Shown here: piece by piece, positions 63,691-64,000 of the stretch
Numbering within the stretch: the stretch's first letter is position 1
Layout of the letters: each line of letters begins with the position of its first letter
Origin: Mobula hypostoma
Taxonomy: Eukaryota
NCBI RefSeq assembly: GCF_963921235.1
Contig: NC_086108.1
Location: 42,100,001-42,164,000 of the forward strand
Length of the DNA stretch: 64,000 bases
Reading direction: 5' to 3'
Program-made: the position numbers and the translations under genes
The notes under the pieces: model-generated
Database searches by the model: none
Seen by the model: the letters and a program-made list of their open reading frames with translations, nothing else
Told to the model about the DNA's origin: nothing

Positions 63691-64000
63691 ATACCTAGAC
63701 AAACAATCTTCACTATTGCACAAATAAACACCATCTTGAAATATTTCTTATAAACTTAACATAGTACTTTTTCTTCAGGTCAACCTTTCTGCAAAAGCCT
63801 CATTCTGATAGATTTATCTCACATTTATAGTGAGCTTCAATTTCTAATTATCAATCACCTGAACAGGATTTTATCCCAAACTGAAATGAATTCTGCAGAA
63901 ACAATCTGTTCTGTCATTAATGCCAATACCTTTTGTACAATCTGACATAAATCCAACTTTTAGCCAGAACAATGAAAAATGCTATGACTGCTGATGTTAA

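Noticed and set aside
1..64000. Prokaryotic-style systems (CRISPR array, operons, retron or defence RT)
   Set aside because: There is no regularly spaced repeat-spacer array. The RT ORFs are CR1/RTE/Penelope, and the gene has spliceosomal introns.
49830..64000. Upstream KIF14 exon ending in VAVRVRP
   Set aside because: Not found by eye on the minus strand; it probably lies beyond 64000.

Overview
Eukaryotic (vertebrate) genomic DNA, not prokaryotic. The repeat families suggest a cartilaginous fish, probably a ray or skate (inference). The window lies inside one minus-strand gene, the kinesin-3 motor KIF14. I traced 18 consecutive phase-compatible coding exons (49829 down to 3537, about 2.23 kb or about 740 codons) covering most of the motor domain, the neck coiled coil, the FHA domain and the stalk. 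The N-terminal and C-terminal exons lie outside the window. The introns are packed with transposable elements: many CR1 LINE fragments plus one near-intact 4.2-kb copy, two Tc1 (DD34E) copies in inverted orientation, a full-length Buster-type hAT, pogo/Tigger elements, two solo LTRs, Penelope-like elements, an RTE remnant, SINEs and MITEs. Most listed ORFs are transposon fragments or spurious. I found no clearly new biological system. The best leads are (1) recurrent hammerhead-ribozyme cores in Penelope-derived termini, (2) a roughly 1-kb inverted Tc1 pair bracketing three KIF14 exons (dsRNA/circRNA potential), (3) an apparently obligatory atypical GC donor in KIF14, and (4) a GT..AG-bounded insert in a pogo transposase whose removal restores the frame. 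Coordinates were read by hand; boundaries of old repeats are approximate.
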